A DNA stretch of 24,000 nt. Origin: Tenggerimyces flavus. Its GTDB lineage: Bacteria > Actinomycetota > Actinomycetes > Propionibacteriales > Actinopolymorphaceae. The notes beneath the pieces are model-generated. The model saw only the letters and a program-made list of their open reading frames with translations. It did not search any database and was not told where the DNA came from. The stretch is from positions 7,145,420 through 7,169,419 of the forward strand of contig NZ_JAFBCM010000001.1 of NCBI RefSeq assembly GCF_016907715.1. Reading direction: 5' to 3'. The translations under genes were made by a program, and so were the position numbers. Shown here one piece after another: positions 23,205 through 24,000 of this stretch; the stretch's first letter is position 1; each line of letters opens with the position of its first letter.

Positions 23205-24000
23205 TCAGCGGCCGACGGGATTCTCTTGGTCGAGGTAGCTTGCGGGTACCCGCACATTGAACGTCGCGACGAAGTCCGTCTCGGACCTGTCGGTGATGGT
23301 GAGGTAGACCGTGCTTCCCGACGAAGTCGGCTCGATCAGCGTGACCACACCGCGGATCGTGTTCTCGTCAGAGACCGGGAACGTTGCCATCCGCGGCACG
23401 TGCAGATGTTCCGGCCGGATCCCCAACCGAACCACGCGACCGAGCTGCGCACTCGCGACCGCAGACATGCGGGGGACGATGACCAAGGTCAGACCGTCAT
23501 GCTCGGCGACCAGCTGGCCGGAGTCTTCGCGCAGCACGACGTCGAACAGGTTCATGCTCGGCGTTCCGATGAAGTAAGCGACGAACTCGCTCACCAGCTG
23601 CTCGTAGAGCTCGGTGCCGATCTGCTGGATCCGACCTGCCTGCATGACCGCGATCCTGTCACCGAGCGCCATCGCCTCGGACTGGTCGTGCGTGACGTAG
23701 ACGGTCGGCTTCCGCTTCTCCCGATGCAACGTGAGGATATCTTCCCGGGCTTGGTGCCGAAGTTGCGCGTCGAGGTTGGATAGCGGTTCGTCGTACAGGT
23801 AGAGCTCGGCGTCCCGCACCATTGCGCGGGACAGCGCCACTCGTTGGCGTTCGCCACCGGACAGCTGCTGCGGCTTGCGTTCCAGCGGGTACGCACCGGT
23901 GCGGGCCATCTTGTCGCCGCCGAGCCGGCATCCGGTGCCGGGGATGCCGACCTTCTCGTCGTCCCCGCGCTCGCCGAGCGTCGCCCAGAGAGGCTCCTCG
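23205..24000 (-). CDS. ABC transporter ATP-binding protein, MalK/UgpC/MsiK type (N-terminus beyond window)
   Basis: Signature [16 protein letters not shown], Walker [14 protein letters not shown]-loop [30 protein letters not shown], and a C-terminal TOBE-like regulatory domain. The frame stays open to the window edge. Confidence 0.9.
   Translation of the reverse strand, partial: EEPLWATLGERGDDEKVGIPGTGCRLGGDKMARTGAYPLERKPQQLSGGERQRVALSRAMVRDAELYLYDEPLSNLDAQLRHQAREDILTLHREKRKPTVYVTHDQSEAMALGDRIAVMQAGRIQQIGTELYEQLVSEFVAYFIGTPSMNLFDVVLREDSGQLVAEHDGLTLVIVPRMSAVASAQLGRVVRLGIRPEHLHVPRMATFPVSDENTIRGVVTLIEPTSSGSTVYLTITDRSETDFVATFNVRVPASYLDQENPVGR

Noticed and set aside
1-24000. CRISPR arrays, tRNA/rRNA genes, and retron or DGR-type repeats
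   Set aside because: No regularly spaced direct repeats of 25-40 bp, no cloverleaf-like or rRNA-like segments, and no reverse transcriptase or template/variable repeat pair were seen. The only repeats are 9-15 bp tandem duplications, IS inverted repeats, and the 42-bp kinase module.

Overview
High-GC, actinobacterial-type chromosomal segment (no tRNA, rRNA or CRISPR array seen). The right third holds an uninterrupted [NiFe]-hydrogenase maturation operon, hypF-hypC-hypD-hypE (about 17.5-22.4 kb, + strand). It is followed by two convergent minus-strand genes: a YesL/DUF624-like membrane gene with an in-frame TGA, and a MalK/UgpC-type ABC ATPase that runs off the window. Divergent from hypF is a minus-strand string: a conserved hypothetical whose C-terminus resembles HypC, a muconolactone-isomerase-like small protein, an XRE regulator, an MFS transporter and an SDR. 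In this string the XRE gene is split by an IS5-family element with a CTAG target duplication, the MFS gene carries 5 frameshifts, and the hypothetical has an N-terminal frameshift. The left half is a regulatory and accessory mosaic. It contains a decayed IS481-family element, an intact SigK-like ECF sigma factor with no recognisable anti-sigma gene, and a PRC-barrel protein. It also contains a membrane-anchored Pro-rich/poly-Asp protein coupled to an orphan sensor histidine kinase, a ~60-codon response-regulator remnant overlapped by an intact membrane Ser/Thr kinase, and several gene remnants (SDR, VOC/glyoxalase, IS630 transposase, ECF sigma, RibD_C/DHFR-family). Recurrent lesions are 1-nt indels at short homopolymers and perfect 11-15 bp tandem duplications; one such duplication inactivates each of the two transposases. 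About 9 kb of hyp, kinase and SDR ORFs carry no lesion, which argues for real, selective gene decay rather than random assembly error, but only read data can settle this. The most interesting candidate for undescribed biology is the HypC-like two-domain protein and its small operon facing hypF across a control region with a 7-1-7 palindrome. All family assignments come from motif recognition by eye; no database search was run.
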